Source: an uncultured beta proteobacterium (GTDB lineage: Bacteria > Pseudomonadota > Gammaproteobacteria > Burkholderiales > Casimicrobiaceae). From it: a stretch of 64,000 bases of DNA. Below the pieces are notes generated by a model that saw nothing but the letters and a program-made list of their open reading frames with translations, did not search any database and was not told the DNA's origin. How positions within the stretch are numbered: the first letter of the stretch is position 1; each line of letters begins with the position of its first letter. A program made the position numbers and the translations under genes. The stretch lies in the NCBI GenBank assembly GCA_963823475.1, contig CAWGLS010000002.1:96143-160142 (forward strand), read 5' to 3'. This document shows, piece after piece, positions 31,247 to 39,617 of this stretch.

Positions 31247-32315
31247 ATGGCAATTCTCGACTTCATCAAGAAGCAGTTCATCGACATCATCGAGTGGACG
31301 GACGACTCGCGCGACACGCTGTCGTACCGCTTCCCCGACGAGGACAAGGAAATCAAGAACGGCGCGCAGCTGATCGTGCGCGAGTCGCAGGTCGCGCAGT
31401 TCGTCTACCTGGGCGAGTTCGGCGACTCGTTCGGTCCGGGCAAGCACACGCTGACGACCGACAACATCCCGATCCTGACCAATCTCAAGAGCTGGAAGTA
31501 CGCGCTGCAGAGCCCGTTCAAGGCCGACGTCTACTACGTCGTCACGCGGCTCTTCACCGGCAACAAGTGGGGAACCGCCAACCCGGTGATGATGCGCGAC
31601 AACGACTTCGGCATCGTCCGCCTGCGCGCCTACGGGACATACGATTTCCGCATCGTCGACGTGAAGAAATTCCTGAAGGAGGTGGCCGGCACCGACAACC
31701 ACTTCCGCCTCGACGAATTCAACGACACGATGCGGTCGCGGCTCGTCAGCGTGTTCACCGACGCGCTCGCGAGCTCGAAGATCCCGGCGCTCGACGTGGC
31801 GTCGCGCTACGGCGAACTCGGGGAGGCATTGCTGCCGCTCATCAATCCGGCGATCGGCGCGAAGTACGGCCTCGAGATGACGACGTTCATCGTCGAGAAC
31901 GTGTCGGTGCCGCCGGAGGTCGAGGCGGCCATCGACAAGCGCTCGAGCATGGCCGCGGTGGGCAATCTCAACGACTACGTCAAGTTCCAGATGGCGCAGG
32001 GCCTCGCGAGCGGCAACGGCGGCCCCGGCGGCATGGCGGCGGAGATGGCCGTCGGGCATGGCGATGGCGCAGCAGATGATGAACCAGAGCGGCGGCCTGA
32101 TGGGCCAGTCCACGCCCGGCATCCAGGCGCCGGCTGCGCCGGCCGCGGCCGCGGCGGCGCCGGACTTGATGTCCCCCGCGCAGGTCGCGCAGATGCTGGG
32201 CGTGTCCGAATCCGACGTGCTGGCGAGCCTCGATGCCGGCGATCTCAAGGGCCGCCGCATCGGTACCCAATGGCGCATCTCCCGCGCCGCGGTCGACACT
32301 TTTCTCAAGGGCTGA
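31247..32315 (+). CDS. SPFH/Band-7 domain protein (COG4260 type) with a Gly/Met/Ala-rich linker and a C-terminal excisionase-type helix-turn-helix; apparent frameshift near 32050
   Basis: The SPFH body lies in ORF 31247..32755. The C-terminal HTH (PAQVAQMLGVSESDVLASLDAGDLKGRRIGTQWRISRAAVDTFL) lies in ORF 32058..32315 in another frame. Confidence 0.65.
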
Positions 32316-32317
32316 AC

Positions 32318-32755
32318 ATGAAGCAAATATCGAACGGCCGGCGCGCCATGCTGGCCGCGCTTTCCGTATGGGCGTTCGCCGGCGCATTGCCGGCCGCCGC
32401 GCAGGACCCCAAGATCTCGCAGGCGCGCGCGGCGCTGACGGACTGGCTGGCGCTCGCCGATGCCAACGACGTGGCCAAGAGCTATGCGAACGCTGCGCAG
32501 CGGTTCCGCTCATCGATGACGATCCAGCAGTGGACGGACGCGATGAAACGCGCTCGCGAGCAGTTCGGCCCGACGGTCAGCCGCACGTTCGTCGGATCGC
32601 AGGTGCCGCAGCCCGGCAAGAACACGCCGCCGGGCGAGTTCGTCGTCATCGCCTATCGCACCGAATTCGCGAAGCGCGCCGTCGGCACCGAAACCGTCAC
32701 GATGGAACGGGAAGCGGATGGCAAGTGGCGGGTCGTCGGCTATCTGATGCGGTAG
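32318..32755 (+). CDS. Secreted DUF4019-like protein
   Basis: Signal peptide MKQISNGRRAMLAALSVWAFAGALPAAAQ followed by ~115 aa. The gene is in-frame and downstream of the SPFH gene. Confidence 0.6.
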   Translation: MKQISNGRRAMLAALSVWAFAGALPAAAQDPKISQARAALTDWLALADANDVAKSYANAAQRFRSSMTIQQWTDAMKRAREQFGPTVSRTFVGSQVPQPGKNTPPGEFVVIAYRTEFAKRAVGTETVTMEREADGKWRVVGYLMR

Positions 32756-32825
32756 GCGCCTTGCGGATACGCCTTTTGGCCGTGCGGCGCATACGTGAAA
32801 TCATGTCCGACAGGGTCCTTGTCGC

Positions 32826-33923
32826 GTGAACGAAACCGCCGCGATCTCCAAATTCGCGTGCCCGGCCTGCGGCGGCGAGGCCAACTGGAACCCTGCGCGC
32901 CAGAAGCTCGTCTGCCCGTTCTGCGGCACCGAGTCGCCGGCGAAGCTCGACTCCGCCACGGGCAACATCGCCGAGCATGACCTGGTCGCCGCGCTGCGCG
33001 GCATCACCGACGAGGCGCGCGGATGGAAGGCGGACAAGCGGCAGGTCAAGTGCGGCAGCTGCAACGCGATCTCGGTGTTCGACCCCAAGCGGCAGGCGCA
33101 GAACTGCGAGTTCTGCGGGTCCGCGCAACTCGTGCCGTACGAGGAGACCAAGCCGGCGTTCCGGCCGGAGAGCGTGCTGCCGTTCACCGTCAGCGAAGGC
33201 AGCGCGCGCGATCGCATCCGCCAGTGGTACGGCAAGCTGTGGCTCGCGCCCAATGCGCTCAAGCGCCGCGCGCTGACCGATACCGTCAAGGGCATCTACC
33301 TTCCCTACTGGACGTTCGACGCACAGGCCGACGCGCAATGGACGGCGGAAGCCGGCCACTACTACTACACGACCGAGACGTATACCGAAGGCGGCCAGAC
33401 GCGCACGCGGCAGGTGCGCAACGTGCGCTGGGAGCCCGCGGCGGGCGAACTCTCGCATTACTTCGACGACGATCTCGTTTGCGCGTCCGTCGGCGTGCAT
33501 CCGGGACTGCTGCGGGGCATCGAGCCGTTTCCGACGGCGTCGCTCAAGCCCTACGATGCCGGCTACGTCGCGGGCTGGGTGGTCGAGCGCTACCAGATCG
33601 ACCTGATCGGCGCGGCACAGCACGCGCGCGAGGCGATGGACGCGAAGGTCGCGGCGCTGTGCGCGCAGCAGATTCCCGGCGACACGTACCGCAACCTCAG
33701 CGTGCACACCGCCTATTCGCGCCAGACGTTCAAGCACATCCTGGCGCCGATCTGGCTGATGACGTACACGTACGGCGCGCGGTCGTTCCAGTGCGTGCAG
33801 AACGGCGTGACCGGCGCCATCCAGGGCGAGTATCCGAAGAGCCCGTGGAAGATCGCCGCGCTGGTGGTCGTGATGCTGGTCGTGGTGATCATCGTGCTGT
33901 CGGTCACCGGCGGCCGCTCTTAG
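32826..33923 (+). CDS. Multi-zinc-ribbon protein with a C-terminal transmembrane anchor (hypothetical)
   Basis: Three CxxC…CxxC pairs (CPACGGE…CPFCG; CGSCNA…CEFCG), a large soluble domain, and a C-terminal hydrophobic helix (IAALVVVMLVVVIIVLSV). Confidence 0.6.
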   Translation: MNETAAISKFACPACGGEANWNPARQKLVCPFCGTESPAKLDSATGNIAEHDLVAALRGITDEARGWKADKRQVKCGSCNAISVFDPKRQAQNCEFCGSAQLVPYEETKPAFRPESVLPFTVSEGSARDRIRQWYGKLWLAPNALKRRALTDTVKGIYLPYWTFDAQADAQWTAEAGHYYYTTETYTEGGQTRTRQVRNVRWEPAAGELSHYFDDDLVCASVGVHPGLLRGIEPFPTASLKPYDAGYVAGWVVERYQIDLIGAAQHAREAMDAKVAALCAQQIPGDTYRNLSVHTAYSRQTFKHILAPIWLMTYTYGARSFQCVQNGVTGAIQGEYPKSPWKIAALVVVMLVVVIIVLSVTGGRS

Positions 33924-34085
33924 GGGTCAGAGCGTTAAGCTCGGGGTCAGAGCGTTAAGCATCGGCTCCGGACCGATGATTAACGCCTGACCGCTATCGG
34001 ACCGGCCGATGCTTAACGCTCTGACCGCGCTAAGTTACGGCTCTGACCCCTATAGACCGATGCTTAACGCTCTGACCCCCTTCGC
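33921..34085. repeat. GGGGTCAGAGC-type palindromic repeat cluster
   Basis: ggggtcagagcgttaagc occurs twice and is followed by inverted copies (gcttaacgctctgacc…). Confidence 0.85.
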
Positions 34086-35067
34086 CCATCCGGCGTTCGC
34101 GCCTTATCGGCGGCGGCTCGAGGCGGATGCGCGGCCGACCGCGGACGTTCTCGATGCGTGGGCGCGCCAGGCGGCGCTCGCGTTGCCCGACGGTCGCGCA
34201 TTGCGCTTCGTCGAGGGGCGCGCCGGGGGCGCGCTCGCCTACGAATCGGCAATCGCCGCCGGCCTCATCCGCGTGCGCCGCGACAGCCTGCACGACGTGC
34301 TGAATGCGCTGGTGTGGCTCGCGTTTCCGCGGACCAAGGCGGCGCTCAACGCGCGCCACGTGGGCGATCGGGCGAGCGCGACGCCGAATGCGCGCAGCCG
34401 CGCGCGCGATGCGGCGACGCTGCTCGACGAATCGGGGATGATCCTCGCGTGCGCGAACAGGGATCTCGTGACGCTGCTGCGCGAACACGCGTGGCGCGAA
34501 CTCTTTGTCGCGCGCGCGGAAGCCGTGGCGCGCGACATGCGGCCGCTGGTGATCGGCCACGGGCTTTTGGCCAAGCTCGTCGCGCCGTACCGGGCCATCA
34601 CGGCGCGGACGCTTGTCGTGGCGATCGACCCGGCGACGCTCGCCGACGGCGACGCCGGGCACGCGGTGCTCGACGCGGCGGCGGCGGACGCCATCGCCGA
34701 TCCGGCGTGGGTCCCCGAGCGGCTCCTGGCGCTGCCGGTGGCGGCGCTGCCCGGGTGGGACGGCGAGAAACTGGGCGAGCGGCTTTTCGACGACGTCCGC
34801 GTGTTCCGGCCTCCGCCTCGAGACTGGACACGAACCAGCGGCCGCGGCCGGCCGCCGGCGACCGCATCAGGCGTCGCGTCCCCGAGCGCGCGGCGTTCCG
34901 TGATGCGGGCCGACACGCAGGGCCGGCCAAGGGGACGCGTGCCGGAGATCGAACATCCGCCGCCCGCGCCGGACGCGTCCGCGCCCGGGTTACGGCAACG
35001 CCTCGAGGCGCGGGGATTGCGGGCTGCCCCTAATTTTCGCGGTCGTGCTACGCTGCCCGGATCGTGA
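34060..35067 (+). CDS. DUF3025-like hypothetical protein; start codon lies inside the repeat cluster and the C-terminal ~80 aa are low-complexity (possible frameshifted tail)
   Basis: MLNALTPFAHPAFAPYRRRLEADARP… is a conserved proteobacterial DUF family. Confidence 0.5.
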   Translation: MLNALTPFAHPAFAPYRRRLEADARPTADVLDAWARQAALALPDGRALRFVEGRAGGALAYESAIAAGLIRVRRDSLHDVLNALVWLAFPRTKAALNARHVGDRASATPNARSRARDAATLLDESGMILACANRDLVTLLREHAWRELFVARAEAVARDMRPLVIGHGLLAKLVAPYRAITARTLVVAIDPATLADGDAGHAVLDAAAADAIADPAWVPERLLALPVAALPGWDGEKLGERLFDDVRVFRPPPRDWTRTSGRGRPPATASGVASPSARRSVMRADTQGRPRGRVPEIEHPPPAPDASAPGLRQRLEARGLRAAPNFRGRATLPGS

Positions 35068-35432
35068 ACGCATACCGGGCCGCCGCCGTCGTGATCGCGT
35101 TGCTGGGCGTCGCGTGCGCCGCGTACGTCGAGTACGGAACGCCGCGCGCCGCCGATGTCGAGCGATCGTTCGGCTGGTTCGCCTTCGAGGCGGGGCCTTT
35201 CGTGCTGGCGGCGATCCTGGCGCTGTTGTCGCCGTACTGGCGCACGCTCGTCGTCGTCGGTCTCGCGATGCTCGCCGTCGAAGCGTACGCGTACTACACC
35301 GTCTTCGTGCTCCCGCTCGCCGGCGACGCGGCGCTCGTCTATCTGCGCAAGCCGTTCTACGGCCTGGGCATCATTGCGACCGGCATGCTCGCAGGCTTCC
35401 TCATCAGCCGCGCGCGCGATCCGCGCCGCTGA
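35064..35432 (+). CDS. Small integral membrane protein (hypothetical)
   Basis: 122 aa with four predicted TM helices. Confidence 0.45.
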   Translation: MNAYRAAAVVIALLGVACAAYVEYGTPRAADVERSFGWFAFEAGPFVLAAILALLSPYWRTLVVVGLAMLAVEAYAYYTVFVLPLAGDAALVYLRKPFYGLGIIATGMLAGFLISRARDPRR

Positions 35433-35501
35433 AAAACCATCGCACCGCGGTTGCCCGCCGCCCGTTGCGGCGCTGGTCAACCAGCCGCGCGGTGCGTGCG
35501 G

Positions 35502-36173
35502 CTAGCGCGTCCTGGCCGCGACGCTTGCAAGCGCGGCGGGCAGCGCCGCCGGCGTGGCGATGATCGCGTCGGCGCCTTCGAGCTCCTCGCGCGAACCGTA
35601 GCCCCACAGCACGCCGATCGAGCGCGCGCCATTCAGCCGCGCCGCGCGGATGTCCTGGCTGCGATCGCCGATCATGATCGCGCGCTCCGGGTCGATGGAT
35701 TCGGCGGCGGCCAGGTGCGCCAGCAGCTTCACCTTGTCGTCGAAGCGACCGGCGAGATCCGCGCCGTAGATGCCGGTCAAGTACGGAGCGAGTCCGAACA
35801 GCGTGACAATGCGGCGCGCAAACACCTCGGGCTTCGATGTGCAGAGGAACAGGCGCGTCGGGCCGCCCGCCAGCTCGGCGATCGTGTCCGCGACCCCGTC
35901 GTAGACGACGTTCTCGCGCCAGCCGACGTCCGCGTAGCGCTCGCGATACAACGCGATCGCGTGCTCGACGCGCTCGGAGTCGTCGGTGTCGAGCAGCCAC
36001 GCGAACGATTCGCGCAGCGGCGGCCCCACGCAGCGGCGCAGCGCGTCGTCCTCCGGCATCCCGGCGCCCATGCGGTCCAGCGCGTAGAGGATCGAGCGCG
36101 TGATGCCCGGATAGTTGTCGGTCAGCGTGCCGTCGAGGTCGAACAGGTACGCGTCGGGCCGCATGGCGGTCAT
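35502..36173 (-). CDS. HAD-family phosphatase (phosphoglycolate-phosphatase-like)
   Basis: MTAMRPDAYLFDLDGTLTDN… with motif I and downstream HAD motifs. Confidence 0.8.
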   Translation of the reverse strand: MTAMRPDAYLFDLDGTLTDNYPGITRSILYALDRMGAGMPEDDALRRCVGPPLRESFAWLLDTDDSERVEHAIALYRERYADVGWRENVVYDGVADTIAELAGGPTRLFLCTSKPEVFARRIVTLFGLAPYLTGIYGADLAGRFDDKVKLLAHLAAAESIDPERAIMIGDRSQDIRAARLNGARSIGVLWGYGSREELEGADAIIATPAALPAALASVAARTR

Positions 36174-36559
36174 TGCGGGGTCTCCGCGCGCAGCAGTCGA
36201 ATCCGGTAGTCGAGGATCGCGCCTTGCTGTCCCGCTTCCCAGCGCAGGCAATAGCGGCGCGCGTCCTGCGCGCGGAACACGCCGGACGCCTCCATGACAT
36301 GCTCGCGCGAAATCGGCGACAGGAACATCGTGCCGGACTTGTAATAGAGGTTGAAGGTGACGGGCGCCTTGGCGTCGAAGCGGTAGTCGAGCCGGTCGCC
36401 CACGGCGAGCTGCGCGCATTCCTCGTGGACTTCGTAGGGGGCGACCGCCAGTTCGGCCATGGCCTTCGGCGTGCCGGGAACGATGGTGTCGACGGCGCAG
36501 CCGGCCAGGGCGAGCGCGAAGGCCGCGGTGGTTGCCCCTGCCGGGGCCGATCGCCTCAC
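36170..36559 (-). CDS. Small lipoprotein (hypothetical)
   Basis: GTG start; lipobox AAFALALAGCAVD; ~125 aa. Confidence 0.5.
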   Translation of the reverse strand: MRRSAPAGATTAAFALALAGCAVDTIVPGTPKAMAELAVAPYEVHEECAQLAVGDRLDYRFDAKAPVTFNLYYKSGTMFLSPISREHVMEASGVFRAQDARRYCLRWEAGQQGAILDYRIRLLRAETPQ

Positions 36560-37153
36560 GGCGTTCGCGCGCTGCGGCCGACGTGGTTGCGGCGCAGCCC
36601 CCGCCAGTCCTCCGCGAGCATCGCCAGCCGCACGTGGTCGCGCCAACGGCCGCCGATCTTCACGTAGCGGCGCGAGTAGCCTTCGCGGGTGAAACCGACG
36701 CGTTGCGCCAGCCCGAGCGAGCGCTTGTTCGTCGGCTGGATGTTCACCTCGACGCGATGCAGCTTGAGCTTGCGAAACGCGACGTCCAGCGCCAGCGCCA
36801 TGCCTTCGGTCATGTAACCCTGGCCCGCGTGCGGCGCGAAGCCGAAATACCCGAGGTACGCGCTGCAGAAGGCGCCGCGGACGATCTCGGAAAAATTGAA
36901 CACTCCGACGAGCGCGTCGTCGTCGCGGCGAAACACGAGATAGCCGGCGTGCGTGCCGGCGTGCGCGCGGCGCCGCGTACCGCTTGACGAATGCGGCAAA
37001 GCGCGCGCGGGTATCGGGCGGGCGCGTCCACGGTCCATGCAGCGTTCGGCTCGCCGCGGCGGCGGCCAGGAACGCCGCCGCATCGGCCGCGCACGGCGGC
37101 CGCAGGTACACACGTGGACCGGTGATCGTCGCGGCGCTCGGGCGAGTAGGCAT
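36556..37153 (-). CDS. GNAT-family N-acetyltransferase (RimJ/RimL-like), frameshifted near 36950
   Basis: The N-terminus is in ORF 36170..37153 (ITGPRVYLRPPCAADAAAFLAAAA…). The acetyl-CoA-binding core is in ORF 36556..37380 (…QGYMTEGMALALDVAFRKLKLHRVEVNIQPTNKRSLGLAQRVGF…). Confidence 0.65.
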
Positions 37154-37189
37154 AATGCGATTTTACTTGACGCGCGAGGATGGCCGGAC

Positions 37190-37945
37190 ATGGCGGCATG
37201 GGTGGAGGGGCGCGTGGCCGGCAAGCGGCATTGGACGCAGAGTCTCTTTTCGCTGCAGGTGGCGGCGCCCGAGGTGAAGTTCGTGGCGGGCCAGTTCGGC
37301 CGCCTCGCGCTGCCCGCACCCGCCGGACACAACGAGCCGATGATCGGACGGCCGTACTCGTTCGTGAATCCGCCGGACATGCAGCCGCACGAGTTCTACT
37401 TCATCGTCGTGCCCGGCGGGCCGCTGTCGCCGCGGCTGGCCGACCTCGCCATCGGCGACGCGATATGGCTGGCGCCGCGGGCGAACGGATTCTTCAGCAT
37501 CGGCGAAGTGCCGCAAGCCGAGGTGCTCTGGTGCCTGTCCACCGGGACCGGCATCGGCCCTTTCCTGTCGATGCTGCGCACCGAGGAGGCGTGGGCGAGG
37601 TTCCAGCGCATCGTGCTCGTGCATGCCGTGCGCCACGCCGAGGAACTCACCTATCGCGACGTGATCGCGGGCATCGGCCACGCGCGCGCGGGGGCGTTCG
37701 CCTATGTGCCGATGGTCAGCCGCGAGGCGCACGCCGACGCGCTGTCGGGACGCATTCCCGCGGCGATCGACGACGGGCGCCTCGAGGCGCGCGTCGGCAT
37801 CGCGCTGTCGCCGGAGAATTCGCATGCGATGCTGTGCGGCAATCCGGCGATGGTCGATGACACGCAGCAGCTGCTCGCGCTGCGCGGGATGCGCCGGCAT
37901 CGCAGGAAGGAGCCGGGGCATGTGACGGTCGAGACCTATTGGTGA
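37190..37945 (+). CDS. fpr: Ferredoxin-NADP+ reductase
   Basis: FAD-binding RPYS motif and an NAD(P)-binding GTGIGP motif; 251 aa. Confidence 0.9.
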   Translation: MAAWVEGRVAGKRHWTQSLFSLQVAAPEVKFVAGQFGRLALPAPAGHNEPMIGRPYSFVNPPDMQPHEFYFIVVPGGPLSPRLADLAIGDAIWLAPRANGFFSIGEVPQAEVLWCLSTGTGIGPFLSMLRTEEAWARFQRIVLVHAVRHAEELTYRDVIAGIGHARAGAFAYVPMVSREAHADALSGRIPAAIDDGRLEARVGIALSPENSHAMLCGNPAMVDDTQQLLALRGMRRHRRKEPGHVTVETYW

Positions 37946-38020
37946 TATTGCGTCGGCGCACGCGGTGCACTTGCATGCTCGTGGCGTCGTGCCTTCGCGC
38001 CGACGCAATATCTATCCCGG
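37946..38020 (+). terminator. Long inverted repeat (gatattgcgtcggcgcacgcg … gcgcgccgacgcaatatc) downstream of fpr
   Basis: Stem of >20 bp; a second palindrome (ccggttgaaccgg…ccggttaaccgg) follows. Confidence 0.5.
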
Positions 38021-38127
38021 TTGAACCGGCGTGTGACGCCGGTTAACCGGGATGGGTGGTGATGGCTGGCGTTGTCGGTAGGGTTTGGTGAGCGCTGCGG
38101 TGGACTGTCGTTGCAGGAGGAAAGAAA

Positions 38128-38722
38128 ATGAGTGGTTCGATACTCACGGCGGCACAGACCGCCGACTACCTGCGCGACGGTTACGTGACCGTGCGCTCCT
38201 GTTCGACGCCGAGGAAATCGCGCTCTTGCGGCTGGCGATCGAGACCGATCCGGCCTGCAGGGCAGCCTGTACGACCGCAAGGACACGGCGGGCCGTGCCA
38301 CGCGCATGGCGACGTGGAATCATCCGGGCGACAGCGTCTACGGACTGGCGGCGCGCAGCCACCGTGTCGTCGACACGATGGAGGACCTGCTCGGCGGCGA
38401 GGTCTATCACTATCACTCGAAGCTCACCGCCAAGGAGCCCGAAGTCGGCGGCGCGTGGGAATGGCACCAGGACTACGGCTACTGGTACCACAACGGCTGC
38501 GTGTTTCCGCTGATGGCGAGCGTGATGGTCGCGCTCGACGCGTCCAATCGCGAGAACGGCTGCCTGCGCATGGCGCTGGGCGGCTGGATGTCCGGCGCGA
38601 TCTTCGACCTCACGGCTCGTACCGCGCGGCCTTCGTCAACGGCATCCTGTTCAATCTCGCAACGTGTCGATCGCGTTCTGGCTGCTGCGGCGCTCGCTGC
38701 CGCCGGCTCTGGCCTGACGTGA
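38128..38722 (+). pseudogene. Phytanoyl-CoA-dioxygenase (PhyH)-family Fe(II)/2OG oxygenase, split across three frames and C-terminally truncated
   Basis: The N-terminus is in ORF 38128..38970 (MSGSILTAAQTADYLRDGYVTV). The middle is in ORF 38085..38513 and the core in ORF 38306..38722 (…WEWHQDYGYWYHNGCVFPLMASVMVALDASNRENGCLRMALGG…). Confidence 0.6.
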
Positions 38723-38765
38723 TGGACGCGCGCGCGGCTTCCGTTATCCTAAGCAACGTCGACTC

Positions 38766-39437
38766 ATGGAGGGCATCATGGCGACAACCGGAAAGCGTGC
38801 GGCGAAGACTCCGGCGGCGGCCAGACGCAAGCCCGTTACGGCTGCGCCGGAGGAGGAATCGGCGCTGCTGGGTGTCGCGCGACAGGTCCGCTCCTGGACC
38901 GACTCGGTGCTGGGAATCGCCGGCGCCGCGGCCGACGTTTCGATCGGCGCCGCGAAGGCCATCCTGGTGAAGCCCGAGCAGCGCAACGCACTGGCCAGGT
39001 CCGGCACGGTGCTGCGCGGCATGCGCGAGGCGGCCGGACTCTCGGTCAAGGAAGTGGGTGAGGCGATCAACCTCAAGGACCCGACGCTGCTCGAACTGGT
39101 GGAGAACGGCAAGGTCGCGCTGCCGTTCGAGATCATCCTGCGGCTGGCATCGGTGCTCGGGCGCAACGACCCGATCTCGTTCGTGATGCGCTTCACGCGC
39201 TCGTACAACCCGGAGGTCTGGCACACGCTGGAGAACCTGGGGATCGGGCGCTTTGCCGTGCAGGCCGGCCGCGAGCGCGAGTTCGCCAACATCTATCGCG
39301 GCAGCGACGCCGCGCGCCGGCTGGCCGACGACGATTACGCGGCGGTGCTGGCCTTCACGAAGGCGGCGTTCGAAATGGCGATCGCCTTTCGGGGCAGCAA
39401 GCCCGCGCCGCCCGCGCGCGGCAGGAAGGGCGGCTGA
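38766..39437 (+). CDS. Putative HTH (XRE-like) transcriptional regulator
   Basis: Helix-turn-helix LRGMREAAGLSVKEVGEAINL with a ~130-aa C-terminal domain. Confidence 0.5.
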   Translation: MEGIMATTGKRAAKTPAAARRKPVTAAPEEESALLGVARQVRSWTDSVLGIAGAAADVSIGAAKAILVKPEQRNALARSGTVLRGMREAAGLSVKEVGEAINLKDPTLLELVENGKVALPFEIILRLASVLGRNDPISFVMRFTRSYNPEVWHTLENLGIGRFAVQAGREREFANIYRGSDAARRLADDDYAAVLAFTKAAFEMAIAFRGSKPAPPARGRKGG

Positions 39438-39617
39438 CGCCTGCGATGTGGCCCTAGCAGTATGTTGAAATTCGCGCGCGGCACGCCGCGCGTTTTTCGA
39501 GGCGCTCATATTCGAGCCAAAGCGGCGGCGCGGGCCGCCCGAAGTCGCCGCTCGCTTTGCATTGCTCGTTCTCGAAAAACGCGGGGAAGCTGTCATCACG
39601 CGTTTTTCAACGAACTG

